NCBI GenBank assembly: GCA_965204375.1
Contig: OZ241986.1
Span: forward strand, 4,768,001-4,832,000
Source of the DNA: Candidatus Latescibacterota bacterium
GTDB taxonomy: Bacteria; Latescibacterota; UBA2968
Direction of reading: 5' to 3'
Length of the DNA: 64,000 bases
Part shown: piece after piece, positions 9,936-20,262 of the stretch
Position numbering within the stretch: position 1 is the first letter of the stretch
Layout: each line of letters opens with the position of its first letter
Program-made: the position numbers and the translations under genes
The notes under the pieces: model-generated
What the model was told of the DNA's origin: nothing
Database searches by the model: none
Seen by the model: the letters and a program-made list of their open reading frames with translations, nothing else

Positions 9936-12350
9936 TCACTCATCTCGCAACGCATCCACGGGATTGCGGCGCGCGGCTTTCAGTGTTTGAAAATTCACTG
10001 TCAACAACGCGACTAACAGGGTCAGTATCCCGGCGAGGCCAAAAACGCCTATGCTCAGTTCAATGCGATATGCGAAGTTGGTCAACCATTGATTCATCAT
10101 CCAGTAGGCAACAGGATAGGCGATGATGTTGGCGACCAGTAGTAACTTGATAAAATCTCTGGAAAACAACCACATCACATGATGGACAGAAGCCCCCAGC
10201 ACTTTCCGAATCCCAATCTCCTTTGTCCGCCGCGCAACCGCCAGCGACGCCAGTCCGAATAATCCCAAACACGAAAGCAGGACAGCCACGAGAGCCGAAT
10301 GGCTCAATACGCGAAACCAATAGACCTCATTGGCATACTGTTGATTCAGGTTTTCATCCAGAAACGAGAGTTCAAAAGGCATATTGGGTGCAACTTTTTC
10401 CCAGGTGTTTTTGAGCATCCCAATCGTTTCAAAAATTTGGTCTGAGCGCAGGCGAACCAGCAAAGATGGATAAGTTCTGTATTTTTCCATCACCAATGCC
10501 ACCGGCTCAATTGGTCGATGCAAAGATTCTATGTGAAAATCGCGCACCACACCAATAATAATGGGGTCTTCAACGCCTTCCCGGCTATAGCCTGCATTCC
10601 AACCAAAACCCGTCAGCGTTTCTCCTACCGGATTTTCAAAGAATTGCTTTGCCAGCGTTTCGTTGATCAAGATTGCTTTAGTCATATCTGACGGATGATC
10701 TTTTGAAAAATCTCGGCCCTCGACCAGTGAAATTTCTAACGTGGATAGATAATCGACATCTACGCCAATCACCCTGAAGGTAATCTTTCTGCCATCAGGC
10801 AATTTATAAGGGTACGTGGAATAACCCATTACTGAGGGTGGACGATCCGTAATTGTAACACCCGCAATGCGTGAGTCGTTTACAATGGCTTCCTTATAGG
10901 GTTTTGCCAACTGTCGACGACCTGTCTGAATAACAACGACCTGCTCTTTGTTAAAGCCCAGGTTTTTGTTACGCACATAATCCTGCTGTTGAATCATCAC
11001 ACCTGTGCCAATGATGAGGGCTATGGATGTCGCATATTGCAGAATGATTAACGTGCGCGTCAAAAAGTTGCGCCCACCAAGGCGCGCTTCGCCTTTTATG
11101 GCTAAAACAGGTTGAAACCGCGATAAGACCAGAGCGGGATAACTGCCAGCGATTAGTCCGACAATGCCGAGCAGGAGCAGCAATACCCACCAATCGCCAA
11201 AATAAGCGAGGGTCAATTTTTGATGTACAAATCCGTTGAATACGGGCAAAAGGATTTCGGCAAGTGCAGTGCCCACGAGTAAGCCCAAAAAGCACAACAC
11301 CAGTGCTTCGCTCCAGAACTGCTGAATAATCTGACCTCGCTTGGCGCCTACCACTTTGCGCAATCCCACTTCTTTTGCCCGCCCGGAAGATTCTGCGACC
11401 GATAGGGTAATAAAGTTGCTGCACGCAATGAGCAAGACCAGCCATGCAAGCCCCCACAAGATATAAACCCCTGTTGGATTGCCCTGCGGTCCATAGCGAT
11501 TGGGAATGTCTGTATTCCAGTACACATCCGTCAGGGGTTGAAGAATAAAGTTAAATGGTTCGCTTTTGGATCTATCTTCCCGCAACTTTTCTTTTTTTGA
11601 CCAATGGTTGAGATCGTCAATTACGCGAGAAGCATTTGTTTCATCTATTTGCACAAAAATCCATGCACAGGCACCACGGCTTCTTGCAAGAGGGAAACCT
11701 TTTTCAGCTTTTGTCGAAACCAACACATCGAATTGAAGACTCGATGTTGTAGGCACATCTGCCATAACACCTGTCACGACAAATTGCTTATTGTTTGCGG
11801 TCAGTGCTTGCCCTATTAGCGCGTTGTAATCCTGTACATCTCCAAAAAATTTGTGTGCAATGGTTTCAGTAATCACCATGCCATCTGGTCGGGTAAGTAC
11901 AGTCTCTGGATTCCCGACCAGCAGTGGAAACGTGAACATTTGAAAGAAATTTGTGCTCACAATCCCAATGTCCTGTGGGAATGTCTTTTCATCCCTTGTG
12001 ATTTTCGCCCACCTACTCTCCCATCCACTACTGCGAATCCGCATAAATGCACAGGCTTGTTCAACACCAGGCATTTCATCTTTTAACGCATCGACAACCC
12101 AAAGCAGATGCACAGTATCCCAGAGATTAAATGGAATCGCCTTCCCGTCCGGTTGAAGTCTTTGCGCTACCAACCGAAACATCTGATCGTGGTTCTCGTG
12201 AAACTGATCGCGTGACCATTCGTGTTTGACAAACAGAGCCATCAAGATACAGCAGGCAAGTCCCAGCCCGAGGCCGAACACATTGATGAATGTGTAGAGC
12301 TTCTTTCGCATTAAATTGCGAATCGCAACGGTTAGATAATTTTTGATCAT
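9936..12350 (-). CDS. MacB/FtsX-family ABC permease (divergent type C)
   Basis: Duplicated permease motifs; start MIKNYLTV at 12350 with RBS; ends NPVDALRDE. Confidence 0.95.
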   Translation of the reverse strand: MIKNYLTVAIRNLMRKKLYTFINVFGLGLGLACCILMALFVKHEWSRDQFHENHDQMFRLVAQRLQPDGKAIPFNLWDTVHLLWVVDALKDEMPGVEQACAFMRIRSSGWESRWAKITRDEKTFPQDIGIVSTNFFQMFTFPLLVGNPETVLTRPDGMVITETIAHKFFGDVQDYNALIGQALTANNKQFVVTGVMADVPTTSSLQFDVLVSTKAEKGFPLARSRGACAWIFVQIDETNASRVIDDLNHWSKKEKLREDRSKSEPFNFILQPLTDVYWNTDIPNRYGPQGNPTGVYILWGLAWLVLLIACSNFITLSVAESSGRAKEVGLRKVVGAKRGQIIQQFWSEALVLCFLGLLVGTALAEILLPVFNGFVHQKLTLAYFGDWWVLLLLLGIVGLIAGSYPALVLSRFQPVLAIKGEARLGGRNFLTRTLIILQYATSIALIIGTGVMIQQQDYVRNKNLGFNKEQVVVIQTGRRQLAKPYKEAIVNDSRIAGVTITDRPPSVMGYSTYPYKLPDGRKITFRVIGVDVDYLSTLEISLVEGRDFSKDHPSDMTKAILINETLAKQFFENPVGETLTGFGWNAGYSREGVEDPIIIGVVRDFHIESLHRPIEPVALVMEKYRTYPSLLVRLRSDQIFETIGMLKNTWEKVAPNMPFELSFLDENLNQQYANEVYWFRVLSHSALVAVLLSCLGLFGLASLAVARRTKEIGIRKVLGASVHHVMWLFSRDFIKLLLVANIIAYPVAYWMMNQWLTNFAYRIELSIGVFGLAGILTLLVALLTVNFQTLKAARRNPVDALRDE

Positions 12351-14045
12351 GAGAATTTCCTCCCATTGTTCACTATTCATCTCTCAGGGAATCCGCCGGA
12401 TTTGCGCGTGCGGCTTTGAGGGTTTGGGCGGTGACCGTTGTGAGCACGACGAGGAACATGGCGACGCTGCCGAGTAAGAAGGCACCAATACCCAATTCAG
12501 TGCGGTAGGCGAATATTTGCAACCATTGATTGGTCGCGTAATAGGCGATTGGGAATGCGATGAGGCTTGATAGGGCAATGTAGAGGACAAATTCTCGTGA
12601 GAGCAGGGACAAGATTTGCGTTTGTGATGCGCCCAATACTTTGCGAATGCCAATTTCTTTGGTGCGTCGCGCAGCGGCCAGTGCTGCGAGTCCGAATGCG
12701 CCGAGTGCGGCGATGAAGATGGCGAATCCCGTGGCGTATTGGATCATCTGGTTCCAGTATTCTTCCCTTTGGTATTGGTTGTTTACGCCTTCATTGAGAA
12801 ATGAGAAGTCGAATGTCTGGTTGGGTGCGACCTTTTCCCACTGTTTTTTGATAAATGCGATGGTGCCCGACACATTTTCGGGTTGAATGCGAACCAGCAG
12901 GCGATTATGCATTGGAAAGATGTACAGAATAGCGGGCACAATTTTGTGATGCAGGGAGCGAAAATGGAAATCCCGGACAACGCCGATGATGGTCCTGTCT
13001 CGTCCAGCGTTGATTGTTTTGCCAATGGGATCTTCTATGCCGAGTGTTTTGACCAGTGACTCGTTGACAATGACCGCTTCTTCTTTATCGGTTGGAAATT
13101 CTTTAGAAAATGCGCGACCTGTGACGAGTTTGATGTCGAGTGTTTTGAACAGATCGTAATCTATCTGAATATTTTCAACGCGTTGCTTTGGGCTTCCTTC
13201 ATAGGTTACACTGGCTCCATACTGTCCTCTGTTGTTTAATGGGTGACTGAGCCAGGTTGTGCTGATCACTGAGGGATGCGACAGCAGCAAATCCCGAAAA
13301 ACATTTGGTAGGGTTTCGTTTTCTTCTTCGAGGTCATAGGTCGAGATGGCGACAACGTGTTCGGTTTGATATCCCAGGGGTTGGGTTCGCAAGTATGTGA
13401 GCTGGTTGCTCATCATCAGGGTGGTGATGAGCAAAAATATGGATAAGGCGAACTGAAAAACGATCAGTGCTTTGCCAAAGCGATTGCCCGTTTTGATTGT
13501 AAATCGGTTTGTTATGATTTGGGTTGGCTGGAATCGGGACAGGATAAAGGCGGGGTACCCTCCTGCTATGATGCCTACGAGGCTGACAAGCAGAATGAGA
13601 AAGGCGAGTGTTGTGAAATTCATACCGTCGCCCATGGACAGGGATTTTCCAATTAAGTTGTTGAATGTTGGCAGGGCGAGTTCTGATAGGGCGATGCCAA
13701 CGATGAGTGCGATGAAGATGAGCAAGAGCGATTCGCCGATAAATTGATTTGCGATCTGTATGCGTTTTGCGCCGACGACTTTTCGCAAGCCGACTTCTCG
13801 CGCCCGCGTTGCCTGTCGTCCGAGGGTCAGGGTGATGAAGTTGACACAGGCGATAAATAGCACCAGCATTGTGATGCCAGATAAAATGTATGAATAGACT
13901 TTTTGAACAAAGGGCCTTTGGGTAAAGGGCTGAAGTTTGAGTTGTTTTTTACTTTTTTCTCCCCACCAGAGTTTGACATATTTGGGAAATTGTTGTTCGA
14001 TGCTCTTTGGGGATACATTCGGGGGGAGCATCATATACGTCGTCA

Positions 14046-14974
14046 GAAGCTGTTTTAAAATTATGGAGAAATAAAAAAAAGAGTTGAAAAAGCGTATTCA
14101 TCAGTCCAAATTTAGGGTATCCAAAAACCTTAAAAAGAAAGGACATGCGATGAATACGCCAAGACAATATCCGACAAATGTCACCCAAGCGCAATGGCAA
14201 CTGCTGATCCCCTTGTTGCCCAAACGCAAATGGCAAAAAGGAGGTCCCGGACGTCCACCTGCCAATTTGCGACGCGTGTTTGATGGCATCCTGTATCTGA
14301 CGAAGACGGGCTGCCAATGGCGCATGCTGCCTCATACCTTTGGCTGTTGGCAAACCGTGTATGGCTATTTCAACAAATGGCGCGAGCAAGACATCTTTCA
14401 GCAGGTGCAACAAGCACTCTCACGTAGGGAGCGCAAACGGCAAGGGCGCAAGCCTGACGCATCAGCAGGCTGTATTGACAGCCAAAGTGTTAAGACAGCA
14501 ACACAAGCAGACTCAAAGGGTTACGATGCGGGAAAGAAGATCAATGGACGAAAACGCCATCTGCTTGTCGATACCCTCGGACTGGTCATCAGCACCTATG
14601 TCTCACCGGCTAATCTCCAAGATCGTGATGGCCTCAAAAAGGTGCTCAATCAGTATTTTGAAACAGGCGTGACACGCTTACGCAAGCTGTGGGTTGATGG
14701 CGGATATCGCGGCGAAGACCTCAAGGAATGGGTCGCTGATAGAAAACAAACACATAAGATTGATCTTGAGGTCGTTACCCCAAAAGGGGAAGGCTTTCAA
14801 ATAGTCAAACGCCGTTGGGTCATTGAACGCACCTTTGCTTGGTTATTCAATTTCCGCCGACTGTCAAAGGATTATGAACGCTTAACGGACAACAGTGAAG
14901 CCTTTATTCACATCGGTATGATTTATCTCTTAATTAACAGACTTGCTTAAACGCCAGGGTTTTAAAACAGCTTC
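14046..14974 (+). mobile_element. IS5-family insertion sequence (IS1031-like), 929 bp
   Basis: Perfect 15-bp terminal inverted repeats GAAGCTGTTTTAAAA / TTTTAAAACAGCTTC; 3-bp TCA target duplication at 14043-14045 and 14975-14977. Confidence 0.95.
14150..14950 (+). CDS. IS5-family DDE transposase
   Basis: TGCQWRMLP, CIDSQSVK, GRKRHLLVDTLG, WVDGGY and RRWVIERTFAWL motifs. Confidence 0.95.
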   Translation: MNTPRQYPTNVTQAQWQLLIPLLPKRKWQKGGPGRPPANLRRVFDGILYLTKTGCQWRMLPHTFGCWQTVYGYFNKWREQDIFQQVQQALSRRERKRQGRKPDASAGCIDSQSVKTATQADSKGYDAGKKINGRKRHLLVDTLGLVISTYVSPANLQDRDGLKKVLNQYFETGVTRLRKLWVDGGYRGEDLKEWVADRKQTHKIDLEVVTPKGEGFQIVKRRWVIERTFAWLFNFRRLSKDYERLTDNSEAFIHIGMIYLLINRLA

Positions 14975-15686
14975 TCAGGTAATATACATTCCATCGGTTA
15001 GGGGCGCGCATCCCGGGGTGAGGTTCAAATGGCAGTAGTATGTCAAATTGAAGTGTGGAGTTTTTGGGCACGTTTTTCACGATGCCCGTGATGGTGTAGT
15101 TTTGAATTTCTTGATCGAAGTACTGAATTGGAAGCACTTCTCCAACCGGGTTGGCGTTGTTGAAATACTTCTGAGCGGTTTTTTCTGTTATGAGTGCTGA
15201 ATACTTGTCTTGAAGGGCCTGGGCAGGATCGCCATGAAGGATTGGAAAAGAGAAAATATCGAAGAAGTTGGGATCGGCAAATCCCACATGTGCTTCAAAA
15301 ATGCGATCTTCTGTACCAATTTTTCCCGTTAGGTACGGAGAATGATAGACACGAACTGTCTGCATTGCGGGGAATGCTTCTGCTATTGCGGGTCCGAGGG
15401 GGTCTGGCGATACACCAGAAGCGCCGGGAGAAACCAGATAGATATTGTCGGCGTTTTCGTGAAAGGTGTCATAGGTCCATTCGTTTTGGACAAAGAGGTA
15501 GGTGAGGATGCAGAAGGCGAGGCCGATGGCAATGCCGATGATGTTAATAGCAGAGTAGATGCGGTGTCTGGCGAGGTTGCGGATCGCCGTTTTCAGATAG
15601 CTACTGAATAAAGATATTTCAGTGAACATTGGTCTCTCCTGTGTATGGTGTGGCGTAAACTCTATATTTTATTTTATCAGGTGCGA

Positions 15687-16265
15687 TCAGCCCGCCCAGC
15701 CTCCCAGTTGTTTTTCCAATGCGCGTTTTAGCTGATGGCGTCCGCGGTGGAGCCAGATTTTCACAGAGCCGAGGGGTGCTTGCATTTCCCATACGATTTC
15801 GCGGTAGGACAGTTCTTTTATGTAGCGAAGCCACATTGCGCGTTGTTGTGTCTGGGGCAATGTGCGCAGGCCCTGTGCTATGAGTTGATGGCGTTCTTTT
15901 TTTATGATGCTATCTTCTGGTGTTGTCAGAGTAATTGGTTCGGGCATTTGTCGCGCTGCTGTTTCCATACCATCTTTTCGGGACAGCCGGGACCGGAGGT
16001 GTGACCGCCCGACGTTGATGGCAATGCGCGTTAGCCATGTTGTGAATGCCGATTTGCCGCGAAACTGGCGCAGGCTCTGAAAGACTTTCATGAATACCAC
16101 CTGCATCAGGTCTTCGGTTTCCTCGCGGTCCTGCACATATCGCCCGACAATGGCGCGTACGCGGCTCTGGTGCAAATAGTAGAGTTTGCCAAACGCGCTT
16201 TTGTCGCCGGCTTTTATCATGTGGACCAATTGCACATCGTTTTCTATGTCTGATTGTTTATTCAT
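15687..16265 (-). CDS. ECF-type RNA polymerase sigma factor
   Basis: Region 2 (EDLMQVVFMK...FRGKSAFTTWLTRIAIN) and region 4 (LSYREI...PLGSVKIWLHRGR); overlaps the upstream permease stop. Confidence 0.92.
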   Translation of the reverse strand: MNKQSDIENDVQLVHMIKAGDKSAFGKLYYLHQSRVRAIVGRYVQDREETEDLMQVVFMKVFQSLRQFRGKSAFTTWLTRIAINVGRSHLRSRLSRKDGMETAARQMPEPITLTTPEDSIIKKERHQLIAQGLRTLPQTQQRAMWLRYIKELSYREIVWEMQAPLGSVKIWLHRGRHQLKRALEKQLGGWAG

Positions 16266-18621
16266 ATCGCAATGCCTCCACGGGGTTCATTTTTGCAGCT
16301 TTTATGGCTTGCAGGCTTACTGTTCCGATTACGACCAATAGGGTCAATACACCGCCCAGCGCGAATGCTCCGATGCCCAGTTCAATTCGATACGCGAAGT
16401 CCGATAGCCATTTGCTCATTGCCCAATAGGCGACGGGCCAGGCGAGTACGTTTGCAATGCCGACCAGCAGAACGAATTCGCGCGATAGCAAACGCACGAC
16501 GTTTGTGACGCTGGCGCCCAATATTTTGCGAATGCCAATTTCTTTGGTGCGCCGGGTCACGGCGAGTGCTGTCAATCCAAATGCGCCCAGACACGCGATA
16601 AAAATGGCAAATAGGGTTCCGTATCCGATCATGCGATGCCAGCGCTCTTCGGTTCGGTATTGGCGATCTATGCCTTCGTCGAGAAATGAATATCGGAAGC
16701 CAGGGGATTGTGTTACGGCTTCCCATTGCGCTTCCATAAATGTTAGTGTGCCGGGGATATCGTCGGCACGCACCCGAACCAGCAATCGGCTAAATTGATG
16801 TTCTGGATCGCATTTCAGGAGTGCGGGGCCAATTTTGTGGTGGAGAGAGCGAAAATGAAAATCGTTTACCACGCCGATTACTGTCATATCATCAAAAAAT
16901 TTCAGTGTTTTTCCGAGGGGTGGTCCCGGTCCCAGTTGTTTGGCCAGGGTTTGGTTGATGATTACAGATGCGGTGGGGTCTGTCACAAGGTCCCGTGAAT
17001 AATTTCGTCCTTCGATCAATTTGATGTCGAGCGTTGGCACAAAGTCGTAATCGACAAAGAAGACCTCCACGCCTGTTAAGGTTGTTCCTTCATGTACCAC
17101 AACCCCGCGCGACTGGTATCCATTCCGCATCATGTGATATATTGGGGTCACGCCGAGAATTGCGTGATGGGATAAGAGGGCGTCTCGATAGGTTTCAATG
17201 CCTTTTGGTCCCAGGCCTCGCAGCTTGCTGAGGCGACTGACGACAATCAAATGTTCGCTGTCAAATCCCAGGGGTTTGGTCCGCAAATAGTCGAGTTGAG
17301 AGGTCATGATGAGGGCGCTGATGACGAGGACCGCAGACAGCGCGATCTGGAAGACCACGAGAAACTGGCTGAATAATCCCGCACTGACAATTTTCAATCT
17401 GCCTTTGAGTACGTGGATTGGCATAAATCCGGATAGGACAAAGGCCGGATAGGTACCTGCGAGCAGGCCGACAATTAGAGCCAGACCTATGAGCGAGGCA
17501 AATGCCAGACCATCCAGATGTGCAACTATGGATAGTTTTTGCGCCATGAGGTTGTTGAACAATGGCATTAAAAGTTCTGATAGTGCGAGTCCGATTACAA
17601 ATGCTATGAGGCTCAAGAGCACGGATTCTGTGAGGAATTGCACGATGACCTGGGGTTTGTGTGCGCCAACGACTTTGCGGATGCCGATTTCCCGCGCCCG
17701 AGAAGCCGACCGTCCCAGGGCGAGGGTCATAAAGTTCACGCATGCGACAAAGAGTACCAGGGCTGTAATGCACAACAGGATGTAGCTGTATGCCGGGTCA
17801 GTGGCGGGTTCGGGTGCGCGGATATTTGGACTGAAATGCACATCGGTAAGGGGTTGCAATTTCATCTCCTGCTTTTCTCCCATGATGGGCCAGGACCAGT
17901 TTAGAAAACGCGGAAATAATTTTTCTATGTCTTCGGGGCGGACCTGATTGTGGAGTAAGACGTAAATGCTGGTGTCTGTTGTGTAATTCCACGAGTTGAG
18001 CGCGTCTTCGACATTCTCATAGGACTGGATGCAGCCGAATTGAATGCTGGATGTTTCGGGGGTATCTTTCACGATGCCCGTAATTAGAACCTGATGGATT
18101 TTTGAGTTTCTTGTGAAAGAGATCGTTTTCCCCATTGGGTCGGTGTTGCCGAAGATTTTTTGCGCGGCTGTTTCTGATATGACAATGGCGTCTTTGTGGT
18201 CCAGTGCTGTTGCGGGGTCGCCTTTTATCAGGGGAAATGTGAAGATATCCCAGAAACCCGGATCGACATAAATAACGCGCTCTTGAAATGAATGGTCGCC
18301 ATATTGGAATGTGCGAGAAGTGGTATTGATTCTCACGACCTGCTGCATTTGTGTGGGGAATGCTTCTGCCAATACAGGACCAAGAGGACCCGGCATATAA
18401 GCCGAGGCATCACTGCCTTCTCCCACTTCTCCTTTATTGTAAACGCGATAAATCCGATCTGCTTTTTCGTGGAATGCGTCGAAGGACCATTCGTGTCGTA
18501 CGTACAGGAAGGTCAAGATGCAAAACGCGATCCCGATTGCCAGGCCGGTGATGTTGATCGCTGAATACACTTTGTAGCGGACGAGGTTGCGGTACGCCAC
18601 GGTCAGGTAATTGCGGAACAT
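16258..18621 (-). CDS. MacB/FtsX-family ABC permease (type D)
   Basis: MFRNYLTVAYRNL start, two FtsX motifs, NPVEALRYE end. Confidence 0.95.
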   Translation of the reverse strand: MFRNYLTVAYRNLVRYKVYSAINITGLAIGIAFCILTFLYVRHEWSFDAFHEKADRIYRVYNKGEVGEGSDASAYMPGPLGPVLAEAFPTQMQQVVRINTTSRTFQYGDHSFQERVIYVDPGFWDIFTFPLIKGDPATALDHKDAIVISETAAQKIFGNTDPMGKTISFTRNSKIHQVLITGIVKDTPETSSIQFGCIQSYENVEDALNSWNYTTDTSIYVLLHNQVRPEDIEKLFPRFLNWSWPIMGEKQEMKLQPLTDVHFSPNIRAPEPATDPAYSYILLCITALVLFVACVNFMTLALGRSASRAREIGIRKVVGAHKPQVIVQFLTESVLLSLIAFVIGLALSELLMPLFNNLMAQKLSIVAHLDGLAFASLIGLALIVGLLAGTYPAFVLSGFMPIHVLKGRLKIVSAGLFSQFLVVFQIALSAVLVISALIMTSQLDYLRTKPLGFDSEHLIVVSRLSKLRGLGPKGIETYRDALLSHHAILGVTPIYHMMRNGYQSRGVVVHEGTTLTGVEVFFVDYDFVPTLDIKLIEGRNYSRDLVTDPTASVIINQTLAKQLGPGPPLGKTLKFFDDMTVIGVVNDFHFRSLHHKIGPALLKCDPEHQFSRLLVRVRADDIPGTLTFMEAQWEAVTQSPGFRYSFLDEGIDRQYRTEERWHRMIGYGTLFAIFIACLGAFGLTALAVTRRTKEIGIRKILGASVTNVVRLLSREFVLLVGIANVLAWPVAYWAMSKWLSDFAYRIELGIGAFALGGVLTLLVVIGTVSLQAIKAAKMNPVEALRYE

Positions 18622-18665
18622 TTTATTCTCCTTGGCTGTCCCAGGCGGTCAGGACGAAGCCTGTT

Positions 18666-20105
18666 TTAAAGGAGCGGGGAGATTATCGTGAGCATGACTC
18701 GAACAGAACGATTTGTCATCATAACCTTTCCTTGCCGATCGATCAGGACATAGTGCGGAAAGCCTCCAATGTTATACATCTTTGACACTTTGTTATTGTT
18801 GTCCATAGCGTCCAGGATCTGGGGCCATTCAATGTGAGACTTCTCTACATAATTTTTAACTTTGTCTCTTCTGATATCGGTACTGACGCCGATAATCTCG
18901 AAATTATCGCGGTCGAATTTTTCAGATAGTGCTTTCAATCTGGGGGTATCTTTGATACAAGGCCCGCACGAGGTGTGCCAGAAGTCCAACAAAACGTATT
19001 TGCCCCGGAAATTTGAAAGCTGAAGATTCTTTCCGTCTATATCCCTAACTACAAAATCCGGTGCCGCAGAGCCTCGCTTGATCTCAATCTTTGTCGGGAC
19101 GAAGACATCTGACTTCTTGAGGATAATTTCATCACCAGAGGCGGAGATGCTTTTAATTTTAAATGTGGTACCACCGATATTAAAGGGTTTGTCCGCGTCG
19201 TAATATTCCGCTGATTCGCGCTCACTCCCGAATATGCCATCGTGATCGAGATCCCATAGTATTCTGTTAAAAATTTTGGTAGAGTAGGTCGCGAAGCGTC
19301 CTTTGTTGTAGATCGCCAGATCGTATAATTGACCATCTATTTTCACTTGTCCTTTTCTATATTCAGTTACGCTTCCCCTGAATTTTGGGAAGGTTGGATC
19401 TTTCCGCTTTTTCACATATTGCGTATATCTATGAACCTCCACGCCCACCCTTTGGGTTTTGGCGATTCTACCATCGTTGTATTCAAATTCAACGGTGGCA
19501 TTTGCCTTCTGCCCATAGGGGAGTCTCCACGGTAGAATGTAGCTCAGCAGACGAAATACCGTACCGAAGTTCTCTGGATATATCGCATGTTCATCGGAGA
19601 AGTCTTCATTGTTGTTGGTATCAAAAATGAAAACAGCATTTCCATTCTGGTCCTGCCCATTCACAAAGGATACTTTGCTATCTACAGGTACACCCAAGCT
19701 ATATAGTTCCCAGAGTTCTCGTTTCGTCTCTTCTGGGCGACTATCGTCCAACAAAAACTGTAGCGCACTCAATTCGAATATCCCATAGAATTCGATGGTC
19801 ATTCCCGGTGGAAATCCTCTTAAACCTTTCTCAAGCGGTTTTCGACTTATCTGATCGTGATCATGAAAGTCAATCGATGATGACCTGAATCTCGATAATG
19901 CTTGTGAGCTTAAAGGTACACGCTCCAGGGGGATCACAACTTCATCCATATTAGCTGAGTTAAATCGCGCAACGGATGGGTCATCTGAGGAATCCTGGGT
20001 ATTCTTGGAAAGGCCGAAGAGAGTGGAATGAACAGAGAGTGAGAAGAGTATAAGCAGACCAGCAATAATGCTGTTCTTTCTGAAAGTCGGGTTAATGGAG
20101 ATCAT
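18666..20105 (-). CDS. Secreted protein with a C-terminal TlpA/AhpC-TSA thioredoxin-fold domain
   Basis: Signal-like N-terminus after a GGAGG RBS; APDF...GKYVLLDFWHTSCGPC CxxC motif, then GGFPHYVLIDRQG. Confidence 0.85.
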   Translation of the reverse strand: MISINPTFRKNSIIAGLLILFSLSVHSTLFGLSKNTQDSSDDPSVARFNSANMDEVVIPLERVPLSSQALSRFRSSSIDFHDHDQISRKPLEKGLRGFPPGMTIEFYGIFELSALQFLLDDSRPEETKRELWELYSLGVPVDSKVSFVNGQDQNGNAVFIFDTNNNEDFSDEHAIYPENFGTVFRLLSYILPWRLPYGQKANATVEFEYNDGRIAKTQRVGVEVHRYTQYVKKRKDPTFPKFRGSVTEYRKGQVKIDGQLYDLAIYNKGRFATYSTKIFNRILWDLDHDGIFGSERESAEYYDADKPFNIGGTTFKIKSISASGDEIILKKSDVFVPTKIEIKRGSAAPDFVVRDIDGKNLQLSNFRGKYVLLDFWHTSCGPCIKDTPRLKALSEKFDRDNFEIIGVSTDIRRDKVKNYVEKSHIEWPQILDAMDNNNKVSKMYNIGGFPHYVLIDRQGKVMMTNRSVRVMLTIISPLL

Positions 20106-20185
20106 GATTTCCTCCTGAAGATTTATAGGGTGGATACCTCCAACCGCACACAATTTCAGGCGACGTGTTCTTTGGTTGATTTTAT

Positions 20186-20202
20186 AGCAATAAACGTGCC
20201 AA
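20186..20202 (-). promoter_or_regulatory. sigma54 (-24/-12) promoter at the head of the permease array
   Basis: Minus strand TTGGCACGTTTATTGCT. Confidence 0.88.
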
Positions 20203-20262
20203 AAGATTCAAATGTTGAAATAACAATGAGTTATGAAAATTGCTTGAAATTGACTAATTGGA

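Larger units (their letters stand above)
12373..15629 (-). pseudogene. Type B ABC permease interrupted by an IS5-family element
   Basis: Removing 14046-14974 and one TCA restores the frame RWNVYYLTTYMMLPPN, matching paralog QWNIYYLATYMMLPQN. Confidence 0.93.

Noticed and set aside
145-13747. Recurrent plus-strand ORFs (for example 2531-2968, 4973-5383, 7965-8402) that look conserved
   Set aside because: They are antisense shadows of the paralogous permeases; their similarity follows from the real genes.
1-18621. Diversity-generating retroelement or integron as the source of permease variation
   Set aside because: No reverse transcriptase, no adenine-specific template/variable repeat pair, no integron integrase and no recognisable attC sites.
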